A stretch of 64,000 nt of DNA from Clostridia bacterium (GCA_017388175.1 JAFOTD010000073.1:206-64205); one strand, 5' to 3'; numbered from the stretch's first letter, positions 51,836 through 62,061 are shown. A program made the numbers and translations. Notes: generated by a model from the sequence alone, not told the origin.

Positions 51836-53307
51836 CAGTCAAATACGCGCCTCCCGCAGACAAAGTTCCGATACCAGTAGGAGGAGAAGGAACTTTGAAC
51901 GACCTGTCCCTTGCTGGCGCTTGCATGGATAAATTTCTTGTTTCCGATGTAAATCGCCGCGTGGTTGACTTTGTCGCTTGTATCGCTCTTAAAGAACAGC
52001 AAATCACCTTTTTTTAGATCGTCAACGGATTCAACCAGCTTCCATTTGCTGTTTTGAGAGTATGTATAAGCGTTTCGACGGCTCGTTTTTATACCGCATT
52101 TGTTCAGACAGTAATGCACCAAACCGGAGCAGTCGAACGAATCCGGCCCTTCATCACCCAGAATATACGGGTCGCCGAGCTGATTCTGTGCGCACTTGAC
52201 AAGACCGTTTACGCTGCTTTCATATTGTGCGCTGTCCGCAGACGGCTTCGGCGTAGCGGTCGGCTTCGGCGTGGCAGACGGCTTCGGCGTAGCGGTCGGC
52301 TTCGGTGTGGCAGTCGGCTTGGGCGTAGCGGTCGGTTTCGGCGTGGCAGTCGGCTTCGGCGTTTTTGTCGGCTTCGGTGTTTGCGTAGTCTTTGCAGAAG
52401 AACTCGGTTTCACCGTTTTCACAGGCTTCGGTGTTGCGGTCGCTTTCGCCGATGCTTTCGGCGTCGCGGATGGTTTTACAGTCGGTTTCGACGTCGGTTT
52501 GGACGTCGGTTTGGGCGTCGGTTTGGGCGTCGGTTTCGGCGTTGGGACAGGCGTTGGAGAGGGCGTCGGCGTTGCAAGCGCAACAGCGTCGTCGGAATAT
52601 AAGAGCTCCCAATCATCCCGGGTTACCTGACCGTCGGGATTCAGCCCGTTTTTTGATTGAAAACGCATCATGGCCTCTTCGGTCAGAGGACCGTAATACC
52701 CGGTAATCCGATCGGAATAATAACCGAGTTCGGACAGCTGCCGCTGAATGCTTTTTACGTCCGCACCGTTGTCGTTTAATTTGATCCGGTATTCCTGCGC
52801 ATCGCTCGAAAACAGTTTTTCCTGCAAAGCAGCGGAAGCAATGCCGTTTTGTTCGGAATCCGTTGCTCGCTGAAACAGGATAACGGCATTACGGGTTGAT
52901 TCGTTATAGACGGTACCGGGCTCATCCGCGTCCATATAACCGAGATCCATCAACTTTTGCTGCAGGGCTGCAACATCGGCATTATCATCGTTCAGCTGAA
53001 GCGTCGAATAATCGGAAACAGCGATCCGATTATCGGTAGGCGCAGGCGTTGAGACGATCGCAGGAGCAAGCGAATTCGGGGCAGAACTCGGCTCAGCGTC
53101 ATTCAGAATAACGGAGTCTTCTTTCGTCGTCAGATATTCTGACGCAACGTTTGCCGACGGGAAAGGAGAGATCGACCGATTGCGCAGAACAAAAAACAAA
53201 CCTACGCCGCAAAGAACGGCGGAAGCGACAAGTGCGATGACTACACGCACGGCCATCGGGAGCGATCTGCGCTTTTTACCCGGAAGTAATTTGATCTCTT
53301 TGTCCAT
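51835..53307 (-). CDS. Cell-wall hydrolase: N-terminal TM, two peptidoglycan-binding (PG_binding_1-like) repeats, a TPKP-repeat linker and a C-terminal NlpC/P60 (C40) peptidase
   Basis: LQQKLMDLGYMDAD and IQRQLSELGYYSD repeats; DCSGLVHYC catalytic Cys motif and HAAIYIG His motif. Confidence 0.85.
   Translation of the reverse strand: MDKEIKLLPGKKRRSLPMAVRVVIALVASAVLCGVGLFFVLRNRSISPFPSANVASEYLTTKEDSVILNDAEPSSAPNSLAPAIVSTPAPTDNRIAVSDYSTLQLNDDNADVAALQQKLMDLGYMDADEPGTVYNESTRNAVILFQRATDSEQNGIASAALQEKLFSSDAQEYRIKLNDNGADVKSIQRQLSELGYYSDRITGYYGPLTEEAMMRFQSKNGLNPDGQVTRDDWELLYSDDAVALATPTPSPTPVPTPKPTPKPTPKPTSKPTSKPTVKPSATPKASAKATATPKPVKTVKPSSSAKTTQTPKPTKTPKPTATPKPTATPKPTATPKPTATPKPSATPKPTATPKPSADSAQYESSVNGLVKCAQNQLGDPYILGDEGPDSFDCSGLVHYCLNKCGIKTSRRNAYTYSQNSKWKLVESVDDLKKGDLLFFKSDTSDKVNHAAIYIGNKKFIHASASKGQVVQSSFSSYWYRNFVCGRRVFD
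52244..52540. repeat. In-frame tandem DNA repeats encoding the (TPKPTA)n / (KPTS)n linker
   Basis: About 8 copies of an 18-nt unit, GGCTTCGGCGT(A/G)GC(G/A)GTC, lie at 52244-52387. A 12-nt unit, GTCGGTTTGGGC, repeats around 52481-52540. Confidence 0.8.
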
Positions 53308-53375
53308 GATACGACCCTTTCTGCATCATTATACCATAATATATGTAAGAAAAAGGTGAAATCTTTTTAAACACT

Positions 53376-53403
53376 TTCAAAAACAATGGATATGTGCTAT
53401 ACT
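53376..53403 (+). promoter_or_regulatory. sigma-A type promoter TTCAAA-16-TATACT upstream of the ABC-F gene
   Basis: TTCAAA at 53376-53381 and TATACT at 53398-53403. It implies a very short leader. Confidence 0.4.
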
Positions 53404-53415
53404 ATTATCGGAATT

Positions 53416-55341
53416 ATGGCATTATTGTTTGTAGACAATCTGAAAAAGACGTTTGCGGATCGAACGTTGTTTTCGGGCGTATCTTTTGAGATACAGCCCG
53501 GGGAACGCGTCGGTCTGATCGGCGTAAACGGAAGCGGGAAAACGACGCTGATGCGTATTCTGATGGGAAAGGAAACGTATGACGGCGGCTCATTCGGAAT
53601 GCATCAGGGAGCGAAGTTGTCTTACGTGGAGCAGATACCGGTTTTAGACAAACATACGGATCTGTATTCTTTCACCCTGGAGGCGTTCCGGCCGCTGCTT
53701 GATCTGGAAACCGAAGAAACGCGAATTATCCGAAAGCTTGAAGAAACAGGCTGTGACCGGGAACGGTTGATTGCAAGGCAGGCTGTCGTAGTGGAGACAC
53801 TCTCCCGCGAGGGGGGCGCGACGTTCCGGTCGCTGACGCGATCCGCCCTTCTTGGTCTCGGCTTTTCGGAGGAGGATCTTTCCCGTCCGGTTACTTCTTT
53901 TTCCGGCGGGCAGATCAGTAAAGCGATGCTTGCGCGCGCTATTCTGTCGAAAGCGGATCTGCTGCTTCTCGACGAACCGACAAACAATCTTGATATCACG
54001 GCGATCCGTTGGCTGACCGAGTATCTGCATCAGTTTAAGGGCGCCGTCCTCGTCGTTTCACACGATCGCGCTTTTTTAGATGATACGGTAACGCGGATGC
54101 TGGAACTGCAGAACGGAAGGGTTCGCGGAACGGCGGGGAATTATTCGCGCTATATGGAACTGAAACTCGACGCGCGCGAGCTTGAAAAAAAGATCTATCT
54201 GCGCAAGCAGAAAGAGATTCGCCGCATCGAAGGGATCATTGAACAGCAGAAACGCTGGAATCAGGCACACAACTATGTGACGATCGCATCCAAACAAAAA
54301 CAGATTGATCGTATTAAAGAAGATATGGTTGAACCGGAGCGCGACGAAAAGTCGATTGCCTTCCGGTTTCCGACGCCTGCCCCGACCGGAAACGAAGTGA
54401 TCGTGCTGCACGAGCTTGGCATGCAATTCGGCGAGCATCATGTTTTTTCGCACCTGAACGGGATGATTCTTGCCGGACAATGCGTTTGCATCATCGGCGC
54501 AAACGGATGCGGAAAAACGACGCTGCTCAAAATCCTGACCGGAAACGAGCATCAGACGGAAGGTACATTCAAACTTGGAGCAGGGGTGCGGATCGGCTAT
54601 TATGCACAGAATACGTATGATCTTCACGACGAAAACAGCGTGATTGACGAGCTATCCGACGAGTTCCCGTTCATGGACCGTTCGCAGCTTCGCGGCGCGC
54701 TTGGCATGTTTCTGTTCCGTAACGACGATATTGAAAAACGAATCGGAACGCTGTCCGGTGGTGAAAAAGCCCGCATCCGGCTTTTGAAGCTCGTGCTGTC
54801 GGGCGCTAACGTGCTCCTGCTTGACGAGCCGACGAATCATCTTGATATATCGTCTGCCGAGATTCTGGAGAACGCTCTTGAACAATTTCCGGGCACGGTC
54901 CTGATCGTCACGCATGACCGGTATATGGTCAGACGGCTTTCCGACCGTACGCTGCTTATGACGCAGGAAGGCTTTATTGAGCAACGAGATGAGAACGAAG
55001 ATTTGTTCGATCGTATCGTGGAGCGGAAACCTGAAAAGACGCAGACTGCTGCGATCACGGATCCGGATAATTTGTACTTCCGGCGGAAGGAGATCAAGCA
55101 GCAACGCGCGAAAGCAAAGCAGGAGGTCCGTCGCGTCGAGCGGCTGATCGAGGAGAACGAAACAGCAAAGCGCGAGGCGGATCTCGCCCTGACCGAGGCG
55201 CAGAGCGGAAACGATTATCGCCGGATGCAGCAACTTTATGAAACAATCTCTGCGCTTGAGACGGCGGAGACGGAACTTTACGACCAACTGGAGCGCGCAG
55301 AAAACACGCTCGCATCCATCGAAACGGAGGAAGAAGAATGA
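53416..55341 (+). CDS. ABC-F family ATPase (two ABC domains, no TM; translation-factor type) with a C-terminal coiled coil
   Basis: Two Walker A sites (GVNGSGKTT, GANGCGKTT), two signatures (FSGGQISK, LSGGEKAR), an interdomain linker and a charged C-terminal helix. ATG 53416 is preferred because the predicted -10 lies inside the longer ORF. Confidence 0.9.
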   Translation: MALLFVDNLKKTFADRTLFSGVSFEIQPGERVGLIGVNGSGKTTLMRILMGKETYDGGSFGMHQGAKLSYVEQIPVLDKHTDLYSFTLEAFRPLLDLETEETRIIRKLEETGCDRERLIARQAVVVETLSREGGATFRSLTRSALLGLGFSEEDLSRPVTSFSGGQISKAMLARAILSKADLLLLDEPTNNLDITAIRWLTEYLHQFKGAVLVVSHDRAFLDDTVTRMLELQNGRVRGTAGNYSRYMELKLDARELEKKIYLRKQKEIRRIEGIIEQQKRWNQAHNYVTIASKQKQIDRIKEDMVEPERDEKSIAFRFPTPAPTGNEVIVLHELGMQFGEHHVFSHLNGMILAGQCVCIIGANGCGKTTLLKILTGNEHQTEGTFKLGAGVRIGYYAQNTYDLHDENSVIDELSDEFPFMDRSQLRGALGMFLFRNDDIEKRIGTLSGGEKARIRLLKLVLSGANVLLLDEPTNHLDISSAEILENALEQFPGTVLIVTHDRYMVRRLSDRTLLMTQEGFIEQRDENEDLFDRIVERKPEKTQTAAITDPDNLYFRRKEIKQQRAKAKQEVRRVERLIEENETAKREADLALTEAQSGNDYRRMQQLYETISALETAETELYDQLERAENTLASIETEEEE

Positions 55342-56873
55342 TTTGGCATTATTTTCCGATTGGCATGCGTTTTCCGGTCAATGATTTTTCCGATGCATCG
55401 CGCCGTGACTGCTGGCGCATTGCGCTGTCGGCGATTTATGCGTCCGATCCGAAAGGCACGTTTCTTTATGAAGCTTGCGAAACGTTCGATCCGCTTTCGC
55501 AGAGCCCGGTATATACCTGCATTATTTGTTATTACGGAATTGTGCAATCTCGCGAAGCGGGAAAGACGATGCATTCCCTTGACGGGCTGATGACACGGCT
55601 TTGTCTGTGCAATCCGTTGGTTCAGGCAAATTATCTGGAAGGCTTCGGTCCGTATCCCGTTCTTGCGGAAATCAATTCCGATGGGACTCTCATTGCAAAC
55701 GAAAACGGTGCTGCATTCCTTCCGGTCGGCCAAATCGAACCGATGCGGCCGTCTGACGGTTGGAAGCTGCTGCTTGCGCCGGATTCGATGAAGGGCGTCT
55801 GCAGCGCGGAACGCCTGACGCGCGCGCTTGGTATTGCAGCTGTTGACCGCGGATTTCGCGTTCGGAGAATGCCGGTCGCCGACGGCGGGGAAGGAACAGT
55901 TTGCGCTTTGGTTGCAGGAACAGACGGTCGGTGCGAGACGATTTCGTGCAGTGATCTGAACGGTACGCGCGTGAGTATGTCCGTCGGCATAATCCCCGGC
56001 CCGACGGCCGTCATCGAGGTTGCTGACGCAATCGGTTTTTCTCGAAAGAATGAACAGACCCCGCCGATCGAACGCAGGACAAGCTTTGGCGTCGGACAGA
56101 TGATTCTTAAAACGATGGACCTCGGGTACCGGAAGATCTGGATCGGACTGGGCGGATCCCTGACCGCGGATCTCGGACTCGGCGCATTGGCTGCGCTCGG
56201 CATGCGTTTTTATGACACGAACAGCGAATCCGTTGCACCCTGCCCGGAAACGCTTTCGGAAATCGTACGAATTGACAGGGAAGAGCTCGATCCGAGATTG
56301 ACGCAGACGGAAATCACGCTTCTTTATGACGTTTCAGCGCCGCTGCTCGGCGAAAACGGCGCGCTCAGGGTTTTTGGACCGCAAAAGGGCGCAACGGAGA
56401 AACAGATCGCCCAATGGGAGACGGAGTTCGAAAGACTTTCCGCTATGCTCGGCGGCGATCCGGCCGTGAAGGGAAGCGGTGCTGCAGGCGGGCTCGGTTT
56501 CGGATTAGCTTCGATTGGAGGAATACTTACTTCCGGCGCAGACAAGATCCTCGATCGTGTCGGTCTGTCGTTTGCAATGCGAGACGCGGATTTCGTGATC
56601 ACAGGGGAAGGAAGTTTTGACGCGCAAAGCATCCGGTTCCGCAAAGCGCCGGTGGCTGTTATGGAAATGCTGCTTTCGAACGATCGTCCCGGGTGCCTTT
56701 TTGTCGGAAAAACAGGGGCAGTCCCGGACGACCTGTTACGCGGGTATCCGAAGCTCAGAGGAATCATAACCTGTCCGATCGGCGACGAGCCGTATGAAGA
56801 AACGATCATGCGCGCGTTTGATCGGGACGTTCTGCCGATGATCGGAAAAGACGTTGCCAATTCGTCCGATTGA
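55338..56873 (+). CDS. Glycerate kinase with an N-terminal extension of about 135 aa of unknown type
   Basis: Glycerate kinase similarity starts at LLLAPDSMKGVCSAE...MPVADGGEGT (about 55755). The ORF opens at ATG 55338 (ATGA overlap with the ABC-F stop, GGAGGA 6 nt upstream) with no in-frame stop. Confidence 0.8.
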   Translation: MIWHYFPIGMRFPVNDFSDASRRDCWRIALSAIYASDPKGTFLYEACETFDPLSQSPVYTCIICYYGIVQSREAGKTMHSLDGLMTRLCLCNPLVQANYLEGFGPYPVLAEINSDGTLIANENGAAFLPVGQIEPMRPSDGWKLLLAPDSMKGVCSAERLTRALGIAAVDRGFRVRRMPVADGGEGTVCALVAGTDGRCETISCSDLNGTRVSMSVGIIPGPTAVIEVADAIGFSRKNEQTPPIERRTSFGVGQMILKTMDLGYRKIWIGLGGSLTADLGLGALAALGMRFYDTNSESVAPCPETLSEIVRIDREELDPRLTQTEITLLYDVSAPLLGENGALRVFGPQKGATEKQIAQWETEFERLSAMLGGDPAVKGSGAAGGLGFGLASIGGILTSGADKILDRVGLSFAMRDADFVITGEGSFDAQSIRFRKAPVAVMEMLLSNDRPGCLFVGKTGAVPDDLLRGYPKLRGIITCPIGDEPYEETIMRAFDRDVLPMIGKDVANSSD

Positions 56874-56913
56874 TGATATAATGCTTTATCTGTTTTAAAG
56901 GAGGAATACCTGC

Positions 56914-58233
56914 ATGCGAATGGTTGACCTGATTGAGAAAAAGGTAAACGGAGAAGCGCTTTCCGGCGATGAGATCCGCTATGTTGTGAACGGGTTTACA
57001 GACGGTTCCATTCCTGATTATCAGATGGCTGCTTTTCAGATGGCGGTTGTTTTTAACGATATGACCGATCAGGAGACTGCGGATCTGACGATGGCTATGA
57101 TGCATTCAGGTGAAGTTGTCGATCTGTCTGATCTGCGCGGTGTAAAGGTTGATAAACATTCCACCGGCGGTGTCGGCGATACGACGACCCTCGTGATTGC
57201 TCCGCTTGTTGCCGCATGCGGCGGAACGGTTGCAAAGATGAGCGGACGCGGGCTCGGTCATACGGGCGGCACGCTTGATAAGCTTGAGTCGATTCCCGGT
57301 ATGTGCATTGAGCAGCCGATGGCGCGGTTTAAGGAAATCGTCAACGACATCGGCGTCGCCGTCATCGGGCAAACGGGCAATCTTGTTCCAGCAGACAAAA
57401 AAATGTACGCGCTGCGCGACGTAACCGCCACGGTACGCAGCATTCCTTTGATTGCATCGAGCATTATGTCCAAAAAGCTCGCCGCAGGAACGGATGCGAT
57501 CGTGCTTGACGTTAAAACCGGCACCGGCGCGTTCATGCAGACCGTTGAGGAAGCGGAAAAACTTGCGCATCTGATGGTTTCGATCGGCAAGCTTGTCGGA
57601 CGCGAATGCGTCGCCGTCATTACGGATATGAATCAGCCGCTCGGCCTTGCGGTTGGCAACGCTCTCGAAGTCCGCGAAGCGATCGAGCTGCTATCCGGCA
57701 AGATTCCGGCAGGCGATCCGCTGTATGAGGTCTGCATGCTCCTGGGCGTACACATGATGCGCGTTTCGAAGCTCGCAAACTCCGAGGTTGAAGCGCGCGA
57801 AAAGCTTGAAGCCGCGCTGCACAGCGGTGCAGGACTCGAGAAGCTTCGTCAGATGATTGCGGCGGAAGGCGGCGATCCTTCTTATATCAGTCTTGACCGG
57901 ATTGACGAGCTCTGCAAGGTCAAAACGATCCTGAACGTATACCCGAAGCGGGCGGGCTATATCTCTTCGATGAATGCGGAACGCATCGGAACGGCGGCGC
58001 AGATTCTTGGCGCAGGACGCGCAACGAAGGAAGACAGCATTGATCCGGCGGTCGGACTTGTCATGAAAAAACGCCTCGGCGATTTCATTCGCGCCGACGA
58101 ACCGCTTTGTGTGATGTATGTAAACGATGAATCCAGGGTGAACGCTGCGCTTGAGATGTTCCACAGCGCGTTTGCCTATTCCGACGCTAAGCCGGAATAC
58201 CGTCCTATGGTTTACGACGTCGTACGCGCATAA
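56914..58233 (+). CDS. pdp: Pyrimidine-nucleoside (thymidine) phosphorylase
   Basis: VDKHSTGGVGD, the SGRGLGHTGGTLDKLE motif and a C-terminal alpha/beta domain. Confidence 0.93.
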   Translation: MRMVDLIEKKVNGEALSGDEIRYVVNGFTDGSIPDYQMAAFQMAVVFNDMTDQETADLTMAMMHSGEVVDLSDLRGVKVDKHSTGGVGDTTTLVIAPLVAACGGTVAKMSGRGLGHTGGTLDKLESIPGMCIEQPMARFKEIVNDIGVAVIGQTGNLVPADKKMYALRDVTATVRSIPLIASSIMSKKLAAGTDAIVLDVKTGTGAFMQTVEEAEKLAHLMVSIGKLVGRECVAVITDMNQPLGLAVGNALEVREAIELLSGKIPAGDPLYEVCMLLGVHMMRVSKLANSEVEAREKLEAALHSGAGLEKLRQMIAAEGGDPSYISLDRIDELCKVKTILNVYPKRAGYISSMNAERIGTAAQILGAGRATKEDSIDPAVGLVMKKRLGDFIRADEPLCVMYVNDESRVNAALEMFHSAFAYSDAKPEYRPMVYDVVRA

Positions 58234-58292
58234 CGCGTCCCGAACAGTTTGAATCCGATGTGAAGAGCAATTCACTTCGGGAAAGGAAAAAT

Positions 58293-60848
58293 ATGAATCG
58301 GCTGCTTTTGGCAATCGACGGAAACAGCCTGCTGTTTCAGGCTTATCACGCTTTTTTCAAGGCGAATCTCACCACACGCGACGGCTTTCCGACCGGTGCG
58401 CTGAAGGGCTTTTTTACGAAATTCCTGGAGCTGTTGAAGCAGAAGCCCTCGCATGTGCTCGTTGCGTTTGACGTCCATCAGCCGACGTTCCGCCACGAGC
58501 GCTATGCGGATTATAAGCTCGGCAGAAAGCCCGCGGATGAGGATTTGAAAAAGCAAATGCCCGTCGTTCGCGAGCTTCTGCGGGACATGGGCGTAGCCGT
58601 GATCGAATGCCCGCGTTATGAGGGCGACGATATTCTCGGCACGTTCGCGCGCCGTGCGGAAACCTCTGGCATGGATACGCTGATCGTTACCGGCGACCGG
58701 GACGCGTTTCAGTTGATTACCGATCATACCCGAATCTACTATACGAAGGATAACTCGATCGTTGACGCCGCTGCGCTGATGGAAAAATACGGGCTTTTGC
58801 CAGATCGCATGCGCGACCTGAAAGCACTGATGGGCGACAGCTCGGATCACATTCCGGGCGTTTCCGGTGTCGGAGAAAAGACGGCGCTGAAGCTTCTGAA
58901 TACCTACGGCGATCTGGAAGGCGTACTTTCGCATGCCGGCGAAGTGAAAGGCAAGCTTGGCGAAAAGCTCGTAAATGAAGCGGAAAACGCGCGCTTTTCC
59001 TATTGGCTCGGCACGATCGCAACCGACGCACCGGTGGGGGAAAACCTCGAAGACTGTGCGTTTTCATTTGAAAAAACCGGAAACGCCAAACAACGCTTCT
59101 ATGAACTCGAACTGAACAGCATCGCTGAAAAGCTTTCCGGCGAACAGGCGCCTCTTCAAGACGACGCCGTTCCCGTTCCTGAAACGGTTGCAATTACCGA
59201 TGCAGACGGCATGCAAAAAGCGCTGGATTCGCTGAAAAGCTGTGATAGCATCGCGATTACGGCTTTTCCGACGCTCGCATTTGCGGGATCCGATCGGCAG
59301 GCGTTCGTGTTGACCGCGGGTGAGACGCTGTTTGACGCATGTATGGACGAGGATGAAGCGTACCGCATGCTTTCTGATTTTCTGGTTGCACACAAAAAGC
59401 AGGTTCTCGCGTTTGACGCGAAGACCGTATTCCATCGCTGCAAATTCAATCCGGATACTTTGCCGAAACTGCTGTTTGACGCAATGCTTTCCGATTACCT
59501 TTTGCAGAGCAACAGGCCGGTTGATAGCTTCGAAGCGCTTTGCATCGCCTGGCTCAAAACAGAAAAGGCAAGTCCGGCTTATCTGTTTTCACTGTATCCG
59601 CGCATGGAACGCGCGATCTCGGAAAACGGACTGTCTTCTCTTGAACAGAACGTCGAGCTTCCGCTTCTTCGTGTGCTATACGGCATGGAACAGGCTGGAT
59701 TCCGCACCGATGAAACTGTTCTGAAGGATCTGCATGCTCGATTCTCGGAAACGATTACGAAGCTGGAAGCGCGCATCTATGAGGCGGCGGGGGAGCAATT
59801 CAACATTCTTTCGACAAAGCAGCTTGGACGGATTCTGTTTGAAAAGCTCGGATTGCCATCCGGCAAAAAGACAAAGACCGGCTTTTCCACGGATGCGGAT
59901 ACATTGGAAGCGATCGCGCAGCTGCATCCGATCGTCAACGACGTGCTTACGTATCGGTTTCTGACGAAGCTGGACAGTACGTTTATTGAGGGACTGTTAA
60001 AACAGCGAGACGAAAACGGACGGATTCATTCGCGCTTTATGCAATGTGTTACGGCGACGGGACGCATTTCGAGCACGGAGCCCAATCTGCAGAACATTCC
60101 TGTCCGTACGCAGGAGGGACGCGAGATTCGCAAGGCGTTTATCCCGAGCGAAGGGAACGTGCTGGTCGGCGCGGACTACTCGCAGATCGAGCTTAGGCTG
60201 CTTGCGCATATCAGCGGAGACGAAGGCTTTATCGCGGCCTTCAACAGCGGCGAGGATATTCACGCACGCACGGCCGCCGAGGTATTTCATGTACCGTTGG
60301 AACAGGTGACCGGGGAGCAGCGCAGCGCGGCAAAGGCTGTTAATTTCGGGATTGTCTACGGTATTTCCGATTTTGGCCTTGCGCGAAATCTCGGTGTTCC
60401 TGTTTCCACGGCCGCGGGTTACATCCGCCGGTATTTTGAACGCTATCCGAAGGTTCAGTCCTATTTGAAGGAGAGCGTTGCACAAGCCAAAGAACGCGGA
60501 TATGCCGTTACGCTGTTCGACCGCAAACGGCCGCTTCCGGAGCTTTCGGCAAGCAATTATAACGTCCGCCAGTTCGGTGAACGCGTCGCGATGAACATGC
60601 CGATTCAGGGCACCGCTGCGGATATCATAAAAATTGCAATGGTGCATGTCGACCGCGCGCTGAAGGAGGGCGGCTATCGCGCGAAGCTCGTTCTGCAGAT
60701 CCATGACGAGCTGATCGTTGACACGCCGCGCGACGAGGCTGAGCGCGTGAAACAACTGATGCAGGATGCGATGGAACACGTCGTTTCGCTTTCTGTGCGT
60801 CTTGTCGCCGAAGCGAAGTGCGGGGAAAGCTGGTACGAGACAAAATGA
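58293..60848 (+). CDS. polA: DNA polymerase I
   Basis: 5'-nuclease domain (LLAIDGNSLLFQAYHA, GDRDAFQL), and pol motifs A (DYSQIELRLLAH), B (RSAAKAVNFGIVYG) and C (LQIHDELIV). Confidence 0.95.
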   Translation: MNRLLLAIDGNSLLFQAYHAFFKANLTTRDGFPTGALKGFFTKFLELLKQKPSHVLVAFDVHQPTFRHERYADYKLGRKPADEDLKKQMPVVRELLRDMGVAVIECPRYEGDDILGTFARRAETSGMDTLIVTGDRDAFQLITDHTRIYYTKDNSIVDAAALMEKYGLLPDRMRDLKALMGDSSDHIPGVSGVGEKTALKLLNTYGDLEGVLSHAGEVKGKLGEKLVNEAENARFSYWLGTIATDAPVGENLEDCAFSFEKTGNAKQRFYELELNSIAEKLSGEQAPLQDDAVPVPETVAITDADGMQKALDSLKSCDSIAITAFPTLAFAGSDRQAFVLTAGETLFDACMDEDEAYRMLSDFLVAHKKQVLAFDAKTVFHRCKFNPDTLPKLLFDAMLSDYLLQSNRPVDSFEALCIAWLKTEKASPAYLFSLYPRMERAISENGLSSLEQNVELPLLRVLYGMEQAGFRTDETVLKDLHARFSETITKLEARIYEAAGEQFNILSTKQLGRILFEKLGLPSGKKTKTGFSTDADTLEAIAQLHPIVNDVLTYRFLTKLDSTFIEGLLKQRDENGRIHSRFMQCVTATGRISSTEPNLQNIPVRTQEGREIRKAFIPSEGNVLVGADYSQIELRLLAHISGDEGFIAAFNSGEDIHARTAAEVFHVPLEQVTGEQRSAAKAVNFGIVYGISDFGLARNLGVPVSTAAGYIRRYFERYPKVQSYLKESVAQAKERGYAVTLFDRKRPLPELSASNYNVRQFGERVAMNMPIQGTAADIIKIAMVHVDRALKEGGYRAKLVLQIHDELIVDTPRDEAERVKQLMQDAMEHVVSLSVRLVAEAKCGESWYETK

Positions 60849-61441
60849 CGCGCATTATCGGTATTACGGGCGGCATCGGATCTGGAAAAAGCACGCTTGC
60901 GCTTTGCTTTCGAGCGCATAACGTGCCGGTTTTCGATGCGGATGCAATCTCACGCTTTGCGCTGACGCCTGCGTCCGCATGTTTTGCGGATGCGATCGCG
61001 CTGTTCGGCGATCGGGCGCTGAAGCCGGACGGAACCGCGGATCGCGCATATATCGCGTCAATGGTATTTGAGGATCGGAATCTTCGGCATTCGCTGAATG
61101 CGATCATACACCCGTTTGTACAAAACGAGCTTCTTCGATTGAGTGAGTCATGTGATGCGCCGCTTGCCGTATGGGACGTTCCGCTTCTGTTTGAAAGCGG
61201 GCTGGACGCATACTGCGCGTGCACCGTTGCCGTGCTGTGCGACGAGGAAATCCGTATCGCCCGCGCGAAGCTTCGGGACGGAACGGATGAAGAACAAATC
61301 CGCGCGCGCATCCGTGCGCAAATGAATGATGAAGCGAGGGAATCGCTTGCGACCTATACGATCCGGAACGAGGGAACGATGGACGATTTCTTTGCGGAGG
61401 CGGACGCGCTGATCGCAAAACTGCGGGAGGAATTGGATTGA
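60845..61441 (+). CDS. coaE: Dephospho-CoA kinase
   Basis: ATGA overlap with polA. MTRIIGITGGIGSGKST P-loop. Confidence 0.9.
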   Translation: MTRIIGITGGIGSGKSTLALCFRAHNVPVFDADAISRFALTPASACFADAIALFGDRALKPDGTADRAYIASMVFEDRNLRHSLNAIIHPFVQNELLRLSESCDAPLAVWDVPLLFESGLDAYCACTVAVLCDEEIRIARAKLRDGTDEEQIRARIRAQMNDEARESLATYTIRNEGTMDDFFAEADALIAKLREELD

Positions 61442-62061
61442 TGGAAACGGGGACGATGCAGCCGCGCATGAGCAAAAAACAGAAAACAACGCTGATCGTA
61501 TTGGCAATGGTGGCAGCCTGCCTGATTCTTGCCGCACTTACGGTATTCTGGATTCTGCCGCGCGTGATGAGAGATCGCTTTCAACTGAAATATGTTGAAC
61601 TGATTCAAAAATACAGCGAAGAATATAATCTTGATCCGACGTTCGTCTGCGGTGTAATCTATACGGAAAGCAAGTTTCAGGAGCATGCGCAAAGCGGGGC
61701 TGGCGCATGCGGATTGATGCAGGTTATGCCGGCAACCGGCGAGGAAATTGCGAACGCGCTCGGGGAATCCTTCGAACCGGAAAACCTCTTTGATCCGGAG
61801 GTCTCTATTCGCTACGGGTGTTATTATCTTCGGATGCAGCTGGATGCGTTCGATCAAAACGCCGCTGTTGCGCTGGCTGCGTATAACGCAGGACCGACGA
61901 ACGCCAGAGCGTGGGTTTCCCAGTACGGGCTTGACAGCCGCGGGCGGATCGCCTATATTCCGTACGAGGAAACCAGGAACTATGTAAACCGTGTTTTACA
62001 GGCACAGGAAAATTATGCGAACCTTTATCCGGATGCGTTCGCAGAAGGAACGGAGGAATAA
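61441..62061 (+). CDS. Membrane-anchored lytic transglycosylase (SLT domain)
   Basis: Catalytic ESKFQ, GLMQVMPATG and AYNAGPTN motifs, with an N-terminal TM. Confidence 0.85.
   Translation: METGTMQPRMSKKQKTTLIVLAMVAACLILAALTVFWILPRVMRDRFQLKYVELIQKYSEEYNLDPTFVCGVIYTESKFQEHAQSGAGACGLMQVMPATGEEIANALGESFEPENLFDPEVSIRYGCYYLRMQLDAFDQNAAVALAAYNAGPTNARAWVSQYGLDSRGRIAYIPYEETRNYVNRVLQAQENYANLYPDAFAEGTEE

Noticed and set aside
52244..52540. A regularly spaced short-repeat array considered as a possible CRISPR.
   Set aside because: The repeats are contiguous 18-nt and 12-nt units with no spacers. They are in frame within the NlpC/P60 gene and encode a TPKPTA/KPTS linker. No cas genes are present.
55278..55733. 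A 151-aa minus-strand ORF opposite the glycerate kinase N-terminal extension.
   Set aside because: The product is Arg-rich and low-complexity with no SD. The plus-strand frame has a strong SD, an ATGA coupling and host-like codon usage.
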